Shown here: positions 48,334 to 63,290 of the stretch, one piece after another
Layout: every line of letters begins with the position of its first letter
How positions within the stretch are numbered: position 1 is the first letter of the stretch
DNA from: Lingula anatina
Lineage: Eukaryota > Animalia > Brachiopoda
DNA length: 64,000 bases
Reading direction: 5' to 3'
Assembly: GCA_051362555.1 (NCBI GenBank)
Contig: CM120643.1
Location: 18,170,848 to 18,234,847 of the forward strand
The notes under the pieces: model-generated
Databases searched by the model: none
What the model was told of the DNA's origin: nothing
Seen by the model: only the letters and a program-made list of their open reading frames with translations
Position numbers and translations under genes: made by a program

Positions 48334-50378
48334 CAGGTGGTAATCCTGTGGTTGCATCTAGTAGCAAGGTTTTACCTTGAAAAAAAAAAAGACCTTTTCC
48401 ACTATAACAAACAGAAATAAATTAACCATTGAGAAAAGAGTTTTTTAAAAAAGCAGAGTTGACGGAAAATGACTTGTTCTAGATAATGACAAAATGATTT
48501 CGTCTGAAGATTTAAGGTTTAAGAAAGCAAAGTGGGCCGTACCTGCATCTTGGGAGACATTTGTTTAGCATCAGAGAGAATAGGATTAGTTGTAGGCAGC
48601 AAAGGAACAGAAGAACAGGTGACACGTGTGTTGTGTGATTTCAATTGCATTAATGTGATGCGTTTTGATAGTCACGCAACTGAATTTAATTGCATACATG
48701 TGGTAGCCTGGCATCCGTTGCTTGTTTCTGAATGACAATTACTTGACTTTGGACACATCGGAGTCGAAGATCCAAGATTATAGTGTATTTGTTTTCAAAG
48801 CGAACTTTGATATATTTCATTTTACTGCAATTAGTCTAGTATGTATTAAACGCATAAGTCTAATGAAATACTGAAGAGATACAACATAATTTGCTCATGT
48901 TGAAAAAGTGTGAGATGATATATCTCAGAGCCTTCTATTAAGTATTTAAAAAAAGAAATCTGTACTATTAACAGTACATATTTACTTTATTTATTTATTT
49001 ATTTATTTATTTATTACTGTAGATGGACTAGTACCAATATGCCTGACAATATTAGAAATTAACGCGGTGTGTTACTTTTACATTAGGGTTCACATGGTTA
49101 ACCCTGTTTATGATAAATATGTTTATGTTGACACATCGTATATTTATCTGACCTAGACACAGGTTTGTTTATGATAGACGATAAACGTTTACAGTTTTGC
49201 CCATATTGAGTTGGGCATATTTCGATGCTGTAGGAGAATTCATTCGAAGGCTGGTGGCATGAAACGAAAAACACGGGGATAGGCCTATATTATTTCCAGT
49301 AAGGAAACATAACCTGCAAAGGCAAGAAAAGAGGGTGATTATCCCCGTCCTTAGCTTCCATACAATGTACTTTCGTCGCTATCCCAGCAGACATACAACA
49401 GTGTTAGCTGTTATTTTCCTAAAACAAACATTGAATCATCGTTGGATTCTTTTTTGTATAAATATAATGCAATTCATGTTTGATTTTGAAAATAATATGC
49501 ATATGACAGTGAATTTGCAAGTAAAACATAACTGTCTCTAGACCTACTGTTGTCATTATACTAAAAATGCTATTTTACACAATAAAAATGTTATTGCGTG
49601 TTCTAACAGCTGGTAGTTCTCTTTCCTGATAAGCCATGCAAATATTCAGTTTTTCCATTATAATAAATGCAGCAGAATCACAGTGAACGAATCATTCGCC
49701 CGTCTATATAGAAGTAAAAAAATTAATTGCGCACTGTAGTCCGATACGCCTGCGCTATCTCACGTGGTTCCGTAATAGCCGTTACAATGGTGAGTTCAGA
49801 GCCCAATGCATTGTCCACGTGATTTATAAATAGCGTGCGAACTTCCCAGCTGCGGTCAGCGTTGAATGTTATAGTCATTGAATTACGCACAAGTTTACGG
49901 GATGGTCAATGTCTTAAATCTTTATATCATGATTTAAGATGCTTGTAAGTACTGCATCCGATACAAAGTGAAATTGATGTATTATGAGAAAAATCAACTA
50001 TTTTTGCCAAGTCACGAAGCAACGTACAGTACTTAAAATTGTCTTATTAATTTTTCCTGTCAAATTAAATTAAATTAAAAATTGAAAAATAAATAAATAT
50101 TTTCACTTCAAAGCCAAATAAATAGTTCGCCTTCTGTGTCATATGACCTGCAGTAAAATATAAATTGTTCTTAATATCTTGTACACCTACGCGTAGTACA
50201 CCTCTACGTTCTATTTATGGCAAAGTTTTTCCGCATTAATGAATAACCGCAAGTAGGTCAACGCGCAGTCGAGGCGGATCTTCATATAGTATACTCCTGT
50301 TGAGAAGAGAACATGTGAGATGTAAGAGCCAGTGAATTGGTGTTATACCTAACGCTGAAGCGGTATTAAACGGGGAAC

Positions 50379-50783
50379 ATGGCTACTGCTAATCTTAACG
50401 AGAACTCCCCACTCATCAACGTAGCAGGAGTTATCGCCAGAGACAATGAACAACGTCTCTCGTGTCGCACGCCGGCAGGCAAAGGAGTGCTATGCGTTTT
50501 GCTGGTGGTTTTCTTTGAGAGATTGGCATATTATTCCATTACGATAAACTTGGTATCTTTTAGTGACAAGCTCTTTAAAGACATTGGCGTTCAGGGACTT
50601 ACGGTTAATCTATTGTTTCAAGGTAAGGACAAGTAGTTCCATCCCGTAGTTCTAGTCGAACCGCTGTGGAGTCCAGTCAGTGATTGAGATAGAGAAAAAC
50701 GGTTGCATATGTTATCATTCTGCCCCCCCCCCCCCCCAGATCTGCTTTCTGAAACGTCCAATGATTGAGAAGCTATTGGAATG

Positions 50784-50819
<36 letters not shown>

Positions 50820-51810
50820 TGGATGGGGGGGGGGTCCTTTAGCCACAGACTGCACAATAAAGATATTCCAATTTAGCACATTATGTAGCCTGTAAATATC
50901 GATTATTACGTAGGAGATGCCATCTCTCGTTTACATTGAGTCAGCCTGGCTGGAGGGGATATTTAATGTCTCACCTTGAGGATACCTGCGATGCAATGGT
51001 GCGACTTAAGCCACCCTTAAGTCCACAACACCCACACCTGTGTGGGCAGTAATTTGGCAGCAGCTTCATAGAGCGCTGCAAATTGTATTGTGGGCGAAAC
51101 ACAGCGGAATCAATGACGAGGCATTTTCGTACTAGTTAACACCAGCTCTCTGCTTTCACTTTTGCGGCCTACTTTCATCAAAAGTCGCGCAAGGTGTTAA
51201 ACCTTTAAATAGAAGATCTTATATTTCTTGGAGATTTAAACATGTTTTTTTTTTGTCGTCAGAGACCTAAGGCCAGAAAAAAAAAAAATTGGGGGTGGGG
51301 TGGAGAGGATGGAGCAGTTTTTAATTTTTTAGCCACTCTCATAGTGGAGAAGGGGAATTTGATTCTCAAATCTAGCTGTAAGAAAATCTGAGCTCGAAAA
51401 CGATTAAAAGTAAGTTCTTTTTTTTTCGAAATTTTCTCAACAGTTTTTAATAGGATATCATCGTGTTTATAAAGGAATTGCTGGAATTAAAAAAAAAGCT
51501 ATATTTTATCTCTGCATATAATGGTCTAACACGCATTGTAAACCTGTAGATGAGAATGGCGTTAAGACGCATAGCCCATCCATTTTCTAGAAAATATTGT
51601 TATGATGTTTTTTAGGTACAGCATTCTTCTTGCCTCTGGTGGCAGGAATAATCGCAGACACCCTTCTAGGGAAAAAGAAGATTTTGGCTAGCTTCTTTCC
51701 TATTTATATATTAGGTAAGGCAAAAAAAAAAAAAAAAAAAAAAAAAAAAGAATGACGTTTAAGTAGGCCTAGTATTTTAAATACTCAGTTTGTACTTTAA
51801 AGAAATGCAC

Positions 51811-51853
<43 letters not shown>

Positions 51854-54800
51854 GATGAATTTTTCATTTTATCATCTCTAAGAATGTTCCTTTTAAACAA
51901 CGTTACCCTTCATACAATAAGCTGATCACAGACGACTAAATATATTTTAGGCTCTCTCCTTTTTACCATATCTGGAGTCAGTGGCGTTGTGCAGGTAAGA
52001 GAATTGCGGAGTTGCTGATGTAGTAGAAATTTTTGACGGAAACTCTCTCTGTCTCTGTCTTTGTCTGTGTGCGGCATGCGAACGCGCGCATGTTTGATTG
52101 TAGACTTTTTACTTTTTGATGCATAGAGTACTTATAATAAAACTGTAATTATGGTTTGTTGTTATTCAACCTTATTACTTTCTCCTTTCTGTCTCACACA
52201 ATCCATTATTAGTTGCACACGGCTAGTTAGTTATTTTACTGTAATTTTATAGATTTTAAATTTTATATTAAACAATTTCTTTATCATTGATTTTAATTAT
52301 TGAAATTTAATGAAAATTTACCAACTAACTGTCTGACTAGTTATTTCTTTGTATTATTCATTGGAATACTTCATTACTTGATGTTCATTAATTACAACAA
52401 GAAATTGGCATAAACATATTTCAGGAAGCGAAAGTGATACTTTTCGTAGCTGGTCTAAGCCTTTGTACAGTTGGAGCAGCAGGGGTTCGTGCTTGTCTCA
52501 CTCCTTACGGAGCAGATCAAATTGAAACAAAAGACTCCCAAAGATCTTTCTTTCATTGGTAAGTTTAAAATGTTCAACCTTTTCGTGTTTTCGGGAAAAT
52601 GTGCACATTTGTTTATGTGCATGTGTGAGTGCGTGTGTTGGTGTGCACGACCGTGCGTGCGTACTAGTGCGTACGTGCATGCGTGTGCGTGTGTGAGGGG
52701 GTGGTCTGAGATATGCACATGTATGACATAAAAAAAACAAACGTTAAGTCAAAGAACTTTGATACAAAATAATTCAAACCCGGGAATCAAGACACGCCTG
52801 GTTAAACATCCAATCGCTTTAGATTTTATTTACTAGTTTAAACAGTATATGCAGGGCCTATCTTGTTGCAATCTGAAAATTGATAAAGATGAAGTTATAA
52901 CGAAGTCAAACATTTCTGACGAGGAGTTCTGAATCAACAGGTTGTCAAAATAGGAAATTTAGGGAAAAGTCTCAAAACCGCTATCAGACCCCCCCCCCCC
53001 ATTCATCCCAGGTCTTCGCCCTCCCAAGCAGAATAAAAACCAGACAAAGTTAAGTAATTTCCATACCTGCTATATTATAACAAATGTGTCCTTATGTACC
53101 GTTTATGTCATATTTTTGCCCCCCCCCCCCTCCCCTCATCCCTCAACCCACCACTGCTGAACACATCCGATCAAAACTTTCATTATCTTGAGTACGACAA
53201 TAGTCAATGTACTGGGTACTTCTTACAGTGTAAACAGTAACCAGATAAGATTGGAAATTTACTGTGCTATCAATATATTGGCTGTACTTTAATACTCTTG
53301 GCGCATGGTTCAAATTGTACGACGGTTTTCATGGTCGTCCGACGGGGTTATATCTAGGAAGGTGTCAATGCAGATAATGAATGTGTGGCATGTCAGTGCA
53401 TGATACACTGTGTACTAGATAATCATTTGTCTTGATGCAGTAAAACTATCACATTGTTATCTTATATCCTTATGTCAAAAGTGGGGATCTGACGAAGTCC
53501 CGGAATAGGCAATATATAGAAACAGACGTTTTGAACGCGAATGAAATTGAGGTTGCACTGGGCAGGCATTACTCTTCAATGGATCTCCCCGGAGACTTTA
53601 TTTACTCTAAAATAAATTATGAACAAGAATTCACGAGACAATAAATAAACGGGTGTGATAATATGAAAAATGACAGTTATTAGGATTATGTATTTATTTA
53701 TCTTAATTCCAATAGTTTTTCTTCATCAGTGCGAAAGACAACCAGTGATTTTCAACTTTAAGGGGCAGTATTCTATTGAGCTCATAACTTGTTAAATTAT
53801 AATTACATATGATACTCATAAACCACAGTCATCTCCATGCTAATAGCTCAAAGTTTGTGTTTCAATGTCCATTCATCATAAAACTAATCTTTATGAAAGC
53901 TCTTTATTTTGATTGCAATTGTAAAAGTAGAATCCCTAAATCACCACCTAAGTAATTGCAGTACTCTAGGGGCGCATTCCCATAGATTTTAGATCGATCT
54001 ATCCCCGTGGGAAGTCCCACTAGATTACTGTCAGATAATCCGGCTTAAATGTCCGTCCCGCCTACTACAAGCTGTAAGGGGGTAATTAACTTTCGTGTCC
54101 GCTCGACTGACAGCTAATTAGCGTGAACCCCTAGGAAGTTAGGTCGATCTAGTTGGATTGATCTAATCTCTGGGAATGGGGTCTAGTAGCCATAGTGCCA
54201 AGTTACATAAGCATTTAAAAAGACAGGCTGTATTTTCTACAATAAATTGAGTAATTTTAAACAAAAATACTTTTAAATGTTTAAAAGACTTAAGCATGCA
54301 ATTTGACTAACAACGTACCTTTATATTCAATTCTCCAATGACAAACACTGTGTTATCGACGTTCTTTTACGACGTTTTTATGCGGTTTTGCCTGGGAAGT
54401 GATATAAGGTTTATCTTTTTTTTTCTATATTTCTTTGAAGCCAGCCTTTTCACTTTTGTTGATGATAAGATGCTCAGGTTAATAAAATATTTTTACTATC
54501 GAGTTATATTATATTGAATATGTCTTTGTTGCGTTTCAGGTCTTATTTCGTGATAAATGTTAGTAGCCTTATTGCGGTCACTGGTATTAATTACATTGAG
54601 CTGGAAGAAGGCTACTGGTCCGGTTACGTTGTTGCCCCGTGTTCGCTGCTATGCGCACTGGTATTTTTCCACGTTGGCAATCGTTGGTGCCGAGAGACGG
54701 AACAGCCAAGTATATAAGTCTAATTATATACAAATTTATTTTAATTGATTTACGTCTGTAAAGCGATTGATTATACTGTGCATTTGGATACGATTTTTTG

Positions 54801-57800
54801 GACGTTTGAAGAAACATTCACACATTCACACGTCTGTTCTATCGGGTGTTGGCTGATTCATTCATATAATCTGCCACAAGGCGCTTCCAAACAAAGCAAA
54901 TTCATAGGCAAATAAGTAAATGGCATCATCAAATAGTTTTTTTTAACTAATGAATTTTTTCAAATTAGTTTTCGTAAGTTATGTGTATTAAGATATATTT
55001 ATATATTACTATAAAAAGTTTATTATTTTGCTTTGTTTTTAAAGGTTATTTGCTCTTTGTCGCCGTGAAGCACCTGACAGGGCAAGCGAAACGCGGCAAT
55101 ACACACCAGTTACCTGAAAGAAACAGATTGGCCGTGGATCCAAACGATGCCAAAGCGTTCGCCAACGTCCTCGTGTGCATTTCAACTTTATTGGGTTTTA
55201 GTGTTGTTTATTCTGCGGTGAGTCGAAAGTGAGGGTAAATCAAAGGAGGGAAAGTAAAGGTGAAAATTAAGGCATCGATGTACTCTCTGGAATAGGTTTA
55301 CTTCCAAAGTTCTTGGGTTGCATTCAGAACAGATGATCCTCGGATGTACTTGTCTACTGGTCAAATATGGCGAACCCTACATGAAAGCAAGACCACGTAA
55401 TCCGTTAATCGTCTCCCCGCGTCCACACGGATTAAGTTTCGGTTTCGAGGTTTAACTGCTAGGCCCCTGCAGAGAAGGCGCTTGTGGATTAGGCGGTCTT
55501 GCTTTCATGTAGGGTCCGCCATATTTGATCCCCGGACCAGTAGATCCGAGGATCATCTGTTCTGAATGTGACCCATGTAATCAGGTCTTGATTATAACGT
55601 ACTTAACGCGCTATGTTCTCACGTAGAAAGCGACAGAACTGGTATAAACAGACCGTTCAAAGTTTTGCCTTACTGGTTAAACCCCGGAGGTAGGCCTATT
55701 AAGTATGTCTTGTAATAAGTTACTGTAAACACGCAATTACTACGATGGTTCCTTCAAAACAACAACCAAGACCAGTATAACATGTTAGTCTAATGAATTA
55801 TGAATACATTCAACGGCAAGAGGCGACATACAAATAACTCTGATCTTATCATTTCCAAAATATTTTTAGTGATTTAGTCAAAAGGCAATATGTAAACATG
55901 TATGTGCATATTATTTATTTATTTAAATCTATTTATCTATTTATTTATCTATTTATTTTAGTACCAAACTGTCTATACTCTTCAAGGAGAACACATGAAC
56001 GCAACAGTTATCGGAGGAAAGGAAATCACGTCGTCCTCCTTGTCGGCATTTGACAACGCTATTATTTTACTTATAATACCCATTGTGGACAGAGTTGTCT
56101 GGCCGTGCTTGATGTCAAGGGGAATACGGGTTTCTTATCTTCATAGAATAGGTAAGCGTGGCCTGTAATATTTCTTGGTCTTATTATTTATTTATTTCAA
56201 TTTTTACTGGTTTATGCATTGTTTTCAATCTTGGTGATCTCCTAAAATCTATAAAGCTCTAATTGTTCGGCATGCTGTTTGACTTAGTTTCCATTACACG
56301 GCACAAGTTTTATTGTTCTATATCCTGAAAACAAATAACCAAACGGTAGTGGTGTTGGGATGATGTAGAGGTTGGGGACATCTCCCTTCAACTGATAGTT
56401 TGTTAAATTTACACAAAAAGGCCCCTCAAGATGCAAATCAATCCTTTTTCAACATTCTCTTTACTATATCTGTAACTTCCAGTAAAATTGTTACTTTATT
56501 ATTGTGCCACAAATGTTTTTATTTTTCTCTAGGTTTTGGCATATTGTGCGGTATTTTGTCAGTGTTAGCAGCACTTCTGGTGGAACATTACCGCCACACC
56601 GGACTAAGTATCATGGCCCAGGTGCCGCAGTACGTTCTTATGGGTCTTGGAGAGATACTTGCCTTCATACCTTGTAAGCAAGAAAGTTTTATACTTGGAT
56701 ACGTTTTAAACTTAAAAATGAGAAAAGTGTGTTTTGCTTAATGCCATATTTTCTCTGTCTCGGCCAAAAATCTCATATTTCAGTACATAAACTAATGCTC
56801 AATAGATTACTATATTATACTGTGTATAAAGTATAAATGAATAGAATTAAAGAGTCGAAAAAGTGCAAATGAAGTATGTATGCTGTAATATACTAGTAAA
56901 TATCAATAGTAACAAACAGAATAGTGTTCACAGTCTAAAGTAACAAAAATTGCACAATAACAAAAATTACACAATTTTGAGGTATTGACAGTATCAGTAA
57001 TTATCAAAGTCTTCCAAAATGCCAGTAAATCGCAATTATACCTACTAGGAATTAAGTGTACCTTGCTTTACAATCGGCGTGTGTTTTATTTGTTTATTTT
57101 GCTAAACTTTAGGCTATGAAATGGCATACATAGAGTCACCAGCGTTTACCAAATCCACGACTATGGGGCTCGTCTGGACTACGAGCGGGATAGGGTTTTA
57201 CATATCTGCATTTGTTATAAATTTAGTAGAAGAAAGTCAAAGTAAGTACCTACACTTTTTAAAGATGTATTCTTTCATATTTTCATGCTTGTCTGGCGTT
57301 TTTCTTTTTTCCTTTAATTTAATTAAAATTAAACCGTTATCCTCTCTGTCCCGTTTATTTCGAATATGTTCCATTTCAATACGATTCCCAATAAAAGCGG
57401 CACTACGCTTTAAATAACTCCTCCTTTTAAATATGCGCTCCACTCTCTTCTGCTCTACTTTTCTCTGCTCTACGCTTGTACTCTGTGCCTTTCTCTATGC
57501 AGCACTTGGTTTTACAGCCTGGCACACTTCTCTCCTTAAGTTCTCTCTAGTTCTCCACTGTTATTTCCCCATACCCAACAGTTTAGTTTTCGTTCTTTCT
57601 GTTCCATTCCGTTCCGATAAGTAATAATGTTAGGGTATAAACCAGTCAAATTGGCTATCAGTTCGTTTGTATCATTTGAAACGCAATGCAATTCCAATTA
57701 TTGGCGTGTTCATTACATTAAACAGATATTGAATTGGTTTCAGATTGGTTCCCGATGAATGACGAAGACCCAAAATTATCGTATCCGTTCCTGATTTTGG

Positions 57801-57904
57801 AAGCCGTGGTGGTCGTATTCTTTATTTTATATCTGATCGTAGCTTGCACGCGGAAACCCAAAAATGGGGAAAATCGGGGAAATGGAAGGCACGAAATCGT
57901 GTGA
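50379..57904 (+). CDS. SLC15A4-like POT/PTR2-family transporter, paralog 1 (10 exons)
   Basis: Exons 50379-50622, 51616-51714, 51951-51994, 52425-52558, 54540-54709, 55045-55217, 55962-56151, 56533-56673, 57113-57241, 57744-57904. Motifs FERLAYYSI, GIIADTLLG, PYGADQ, SFFHWSYFVINV, QGEHMN, QVPQYVLMGLGE, YEMAYIESP; dileucine ENSPLI. Confidence 0.9.
53969..54185. mobile_element. MITE family C, copy 2
   Basis: CATTCCCATAGA...TCTGGGAATG ends; matches 10186-10404 in reverse. Confidence 0.75.
55314..55575. mobile_element. Palindromic MITE family B, copy 2
   Basis: TGGGTTGCATTCAGAACAGATGATCCTCGGAT...ATCCGAGGATCATCTGTTCTGAATGTGACCCA, plus inner inverted arm CCCTACATGAAAGCAAGACC. Confidence 0.75.
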
Positions 57905-57907
57905 CAG

Positions 57908-58178
57908 CAGTGACGGATTTAGGGAGGTGTCAGGGGGGGTCCTGACCCCTCTTCGATTTTTGAAAAAAATCACACCAATAGTTCCCTCTTAAAATTAGAA
58001 TTTTGACTAGCTGAACCATAGTCCTAAACCGTACCAAATGGCACCGTTCGCCTTCTAAAATATCAAATTTTTTCGGGACCCGAAACCCCATGCCAAGGGA
58101 GGGGGGAAGGTCGGCTTTGCATGTCGGCCTGTCATTCCCCCCCCCCCCCCCCTTCAAATAATCCTGGATCCGCCCCTG
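57908..58178. mobile_element. CAG...CTG MITE with 5-bp TSD (GACAG), directly after the SLC15 paralog-1 stop
   Basis: CAGTGACGGATTTAGG...CCTGGATCCGCCCCTG; GACAG at 57903-57907 and 58179-58183. Confidence 0.8.
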
Positions 58179-59828
58179 GACAGCATAAGTGCCATTGTAT
58201 ACGTGTATGATGAATAAAACTGTATAAAATGATGAATAAAACTGTATCATCGGTGGATCTCGGACGTATATCAGTATTTAACTTCCGTTATTGTGTTAGG
58301 GGTACAGTAACTCTTCGTAAACAGTGCGATGGATGTGACATAATCTTCAACGTGATTTTTTTTCAGCGTTTGTTATATTACGCATGACAGTTATTGTGGA
58401 AAGCAAAAAAAAAAAAAAAAACTATGGAGCGGCATGAAAAAAAAATGCCTAGAATCTTGTTATCGTTACCAAATTACATTTGAATATTTAATTATTTCAC
58501 TGATTATTACCTTATTGCTTGTGCCAAAACACATGATCTGTTCCGACGCACGCCAATTAATTAAGAGAAGACTTTCGGACTCGTAAAACTAAGACTTCTG
58601 GATATTACTATGGAGGACAGGTCCACTTTTTTTCTATTCCATTTCACCTAAGCCATAAATTTCTGCCAACGAAACTCCGGGTGAGCTTCCCGCACTGCAC
58701 GCAAACCGTGCTGGTTTCGGTTTAGTGTACATATGGGCAGTGTCAATTTTTAAAGGGTGCAAATAGTTAGACAGGAACAATTGGATATTGACCACATTTT
58801 GATAAGACATATTGCATCTTCACATTTCCTTCAGGCCTTAATTATGCAAACAGATTTTTTCAGGATCAGTATTAGTTTTGGTTGGTCCTACTAAATTTCG
58901 TAGTTAGAGGAGCTTGTGTTCAGGATCTCCTTGAGCAATTTTACAATAGTTTTACATAAGTCACGTTAACGTGTTGATAGCATTGTTAGAGACATATATA
59001 TGTTTTCATTTGATCATTGCATGGTTTCTAAAATATTTTTCTTATTATATTTACATGTACATTGTTAGATGAGGTGTACAGATATAGTGCTGGAAGCTTA
59101 GATATTTTAGCAAATGTAAATAAAAGTAAATAGTCTTGTTTTATCATTTGAAGCATTTCTGCTATTTCAAATTGTATTTGATATTATAATCTCTTATTTA
59201 TTGAACAATCGAATAAATGACGCAGTGTCCTGAAAACTTTGTCGTTTTGTCTATTCTACTGGTAGGCCCTGAGCATGAAACAACCTAAAATAAAATTTCA
59301 TTTTTATATGAACTCATTTCACTCTGACCTCACGTTTGCTGATAGCAATTAATAAGTAATGACAGGAAACCATACGTGAAAACAAAGGAAAATATAAAAT
59401 GAGGGATCACATATTATGTCGTCATACTACTGTACATAGTGGAGTTGCCATCAAAAGGAGGGTCAACATTTATTTCACCTCTTCGTATCCGCAATTTCTC
59501 GCTCTATCAAGTTCTTTTTCATCCACGTAAGTTCAACTGAGATCATGATAAGTGCAATTGCTTTTTTCTGTCACTGTTTAATTGATATTAACACCAAAAA
59601 TCTGAAAAATAGGGCCCTTGAAATCGTGCTACAGCTAGAAAAGTGGTCGTCTTGAGCCTCGTTTGGAGAATTTTGAAATCGAGGTCTGGTGCCGGTTACA
59701 GTGCAATATATAGGTTATAGAGAGATATGCGGGGTATAAACATTTAAGGGAACCCGGAAGAAATATGTATTTGTTGCGTGAATATTACACTTGTTATCGA
59801 ATCGATTTGTAATACTTTATGATACCTC

Positions 59829-62800
59829 ATGGATAAGGAAAAAGAGGGGCTTCCGCTGCTCCATGAAGAGCCCGAGGACAGTACGCTGGAACGCTGGAAA
59901 TCGCGCGCGGCAATTCTAAGTATTTTACTGATTTTGTTCTGTGAAAGACTAGCGTATTATGCCATCACTGTGAACCTTGTGGCATTCTGTAATGATTATA
60001 TCGAAGAGGACAGCGGACTGACAGTTGCCTTGCTTTTTCAAGGTAAAAAACACGTTCTTTTGCAGCTGTTATGTTCACTCGCACGCACATACATGCATAT
60101 ACGTGCGCACACGCGCATTTGCACGCGAATGTGAACAATAAGGGATTTTAAGCTCATCGAGAGTAAGAGTACCAGGGTTCTAATGATATATTTAGCTTAT
60201 CATTTACAGAAAACTGGATTACACATTTGATCTAAGATAATTTTGTGTTTATGATATGGCACTGATACAATGTATAATAGCAAGCCTGTGCACAGTTGCT
60301 CTTGTAAATACATCCTACGTCCTGAGTGGGGCAGATATGAATGTAATGCGATGGAATCACTACATGCCTAAGCGCGTAATGCTATCCTGTTGTAAAATTT
60401 CGATAAAAGAACATCCAGTCATAGCGATAAACATGGTAGACATAGGCCTACTCCAGGATCGTTCAGTAAAGAGTGCAGTGGATTTATTTATTTATTTATT
60501 TATTTATTGATTTTGATTGATTGGTTTAGTTGTTTGTATTTTCAGTATTTTTTATCATTAGGATTATTATTAATAATTATAATAACAACAATAATTATAA
60601 TAATAATAATAATGAGTAAAACATTTTATGCTTAATTAATTTTTAATTAAAGAAATGCGGTAAAATCATCTCTTCCCTTAACCACTTTCAACACACTAGT
60701 TCTTACACATATTGCAATACTTTGATATAGGTCATCAGCATTCACTCTCACGTGTGGTAGCAGTAAGCTATTGTCACATAAAATGAACTTTGATATTAAA
60801 GACACAGTAGACCTGTGCGGGCTTTGAGCACGAACAATTACAATTTACTATTTTTCTGCAGGTGTCCTCTAACTGATTTCTTAAACGTATTCTGCTTTCG
60901 AGCTTCGCGTTAAAATGTGCGTTTTAGTACCGCTCAGTTTAGCCTTCATTAACCTTTGATTAAGTGAGGTGCATATGCGCATTCTTTGAACTTTCACTTC
61001 TCAAAAAGAAAAAAAAGCGATTTTTGAAGGAGTTACGAAAATATTTATTTTCAAAATGATAAATAATGGCTTGCACCCCATTTCCATAGATTTTTAGATC
61101 GATCTATCGCTGTGGGGAGTCTCACTAGATTACTGTCAGCTTGGCCGGCTTAAGCGTCTGTCCCGCCTACTAAAAGCTGTAAGGGGGTAATTAACTATGG
61201 TGCCCGCTCGGTTGACTGCAATTTAGCGTGAACCCCCAAGGAAAGCACCCTTGGAGATGAGACGAGTGGGCTATCTATGAAGTAGTAGAAATAGAATATT
61301 CAAAAAATAGAAATCGTATGTTCCGTCCCTTTTATCAAAATTAATCTTATCATATCACTATTTACTGACCCCATTCCATAGCTTTGGGACCTTTATTGAA
61401 CTGATTAGGTATACTCACCATTCAGTGTAACTGTGGCAAGCATTTCGCCTTGCAAATGCCTTTTTGTTAGCAAAGCCATCCTTTGTGACACTTTTGTTAC
61501 GTAAACCTCTGAACTTGTTTGTTGAATCATCAACAGATAAGGTTAATTGTTGTTGAAGCAATCGTTTTTCCCTTCTTTTTAAAAGATTGTTTCCTCTCTA
61601 CATTTTATTTATGATTTTAATTAATTAATAAATTAATTAATTAATTATAGGATAGGATAATGAATAAACAGGCGGGATGGAGTGCTTGGATTGCAATTGG
61701 TCCGAATGGCGTAGAAAATAAGGCCTTTGAAATCGGCAGTGTCTATATGTCAACTTATCGTCCATCTTCCGATATGTAATCATCTTTTATCTTACAAGAG
61801 ATTATAAGTCAGAGCAACCCACTCTGCATGACTCTCTTCTTTGATAGAATACCAAGGTAAAAGTGCACTTTTTCTTTAAGGAACTGCGTTTTTCTTGCCT
61901 TTGGTCCCGGGAATTATTGCAGATACCCTCCTGGGCAAGAAGAAGTTGCTTACAATATGTCTCCCAGTGTATATACTTGGTATGTATGCCGCATATTGTG
62001 CAATATCTTAAAGTTGTAGTACATTTGGGTAGGACCTTTGGGTGTCTCTGTCTTTCTCTCGTGTTGTTACGAGGATAAGCTATTTTTATTTCGTTAACCT
62101 CCATATTGATTAATAAATTAATTATAAATCATTAAAAATATACATAGAATTATCAATAAGATTACAGCTCGAGTGATTGAAAGAAATGGCGTTTAATTTT
62201 CATCTCTACAGGTGGAATATTTCTGACGATTGCCGGGGACATACATCAGGAACAGGTAGGTCAACATATGTATAGTGCTAATGTATGTAGTATTGTTATC
62301 AATTGAATATCCATATTAATGATAATGAGAGATTTTACCCTATTTTGGGGTGTCATGCAGAGATTAACCTGATCTTGTTCAGATGTCAGTGAAATCACCT
62401 GGCGATGCGGCAAGTGAATCAACCATTGGTTTAACGTTCTCTGCTCTGTGGGAACTAGCTGTAAACTTTCCTTTACATTTCAAAAGTAAAATAAGTATCT
62501 GTTAATTTTGGGTTCTTTAGTTATCGGAAAAGATTTTTTCTGTGTAAACTAAGCCAAATTAAGCAAAACTGATGTATGAGCTACTGGAATGCCTAAGCTA
62601 AGTGGGCAACTTATGGCGACGCATATCATAGTTGTATCAAATACGAACTTGATAAATGTGATCAGGATGAAACTATAACATTAATATTACTACCATTTCT
62701 CTTTTCAGTATGTTAAGGCACATTGTGAGAGTTATAAGTATAGTATTGCTTTGTATATTTGCACATCCAATTGTGGGACACTTCTCTGCCTAGAAAACGC

Positions 62801-63251
62801 TCTTTGTCACCTTTTGCCAACAAGAAGACTTGTAAAACAGAGATTATATACTGTGCATGTATACGCATAGTCTCAACAGCCCGTGTTGGTTGAAGACGCA
62901 ATGGGGTCGTGAACCAGTCAATTTTTACTAGTCTTTTACAAGTTTGAAAGGCACATAAAGCTTATGGAGTAATTTTGGTAAATGCCATTCGTTTCAGAAC
63001 ACCCGGGTCGGTTTGTATTACACGGGTCTATCTCTGTGTGCTGTTGGCGCAGCCTGTGTTAATTCTGTGATTACTCCCTATGGAGCGGACCAGATTGACA
63101 CGAAATCTGCACAAAGATCTTTCTTTCACTGGTAAGAACGTCTCGAAATTTAACAATCAGCTGGATTCATGCGTTACTTGTTTATAAATACGCTATCGTA
63201 GACTTTAAAATCTCCGATAAACGCGAAGTTGATGATGTCTCTTTTGACGTT

Positions 63252-63290
<39 letters not shown>

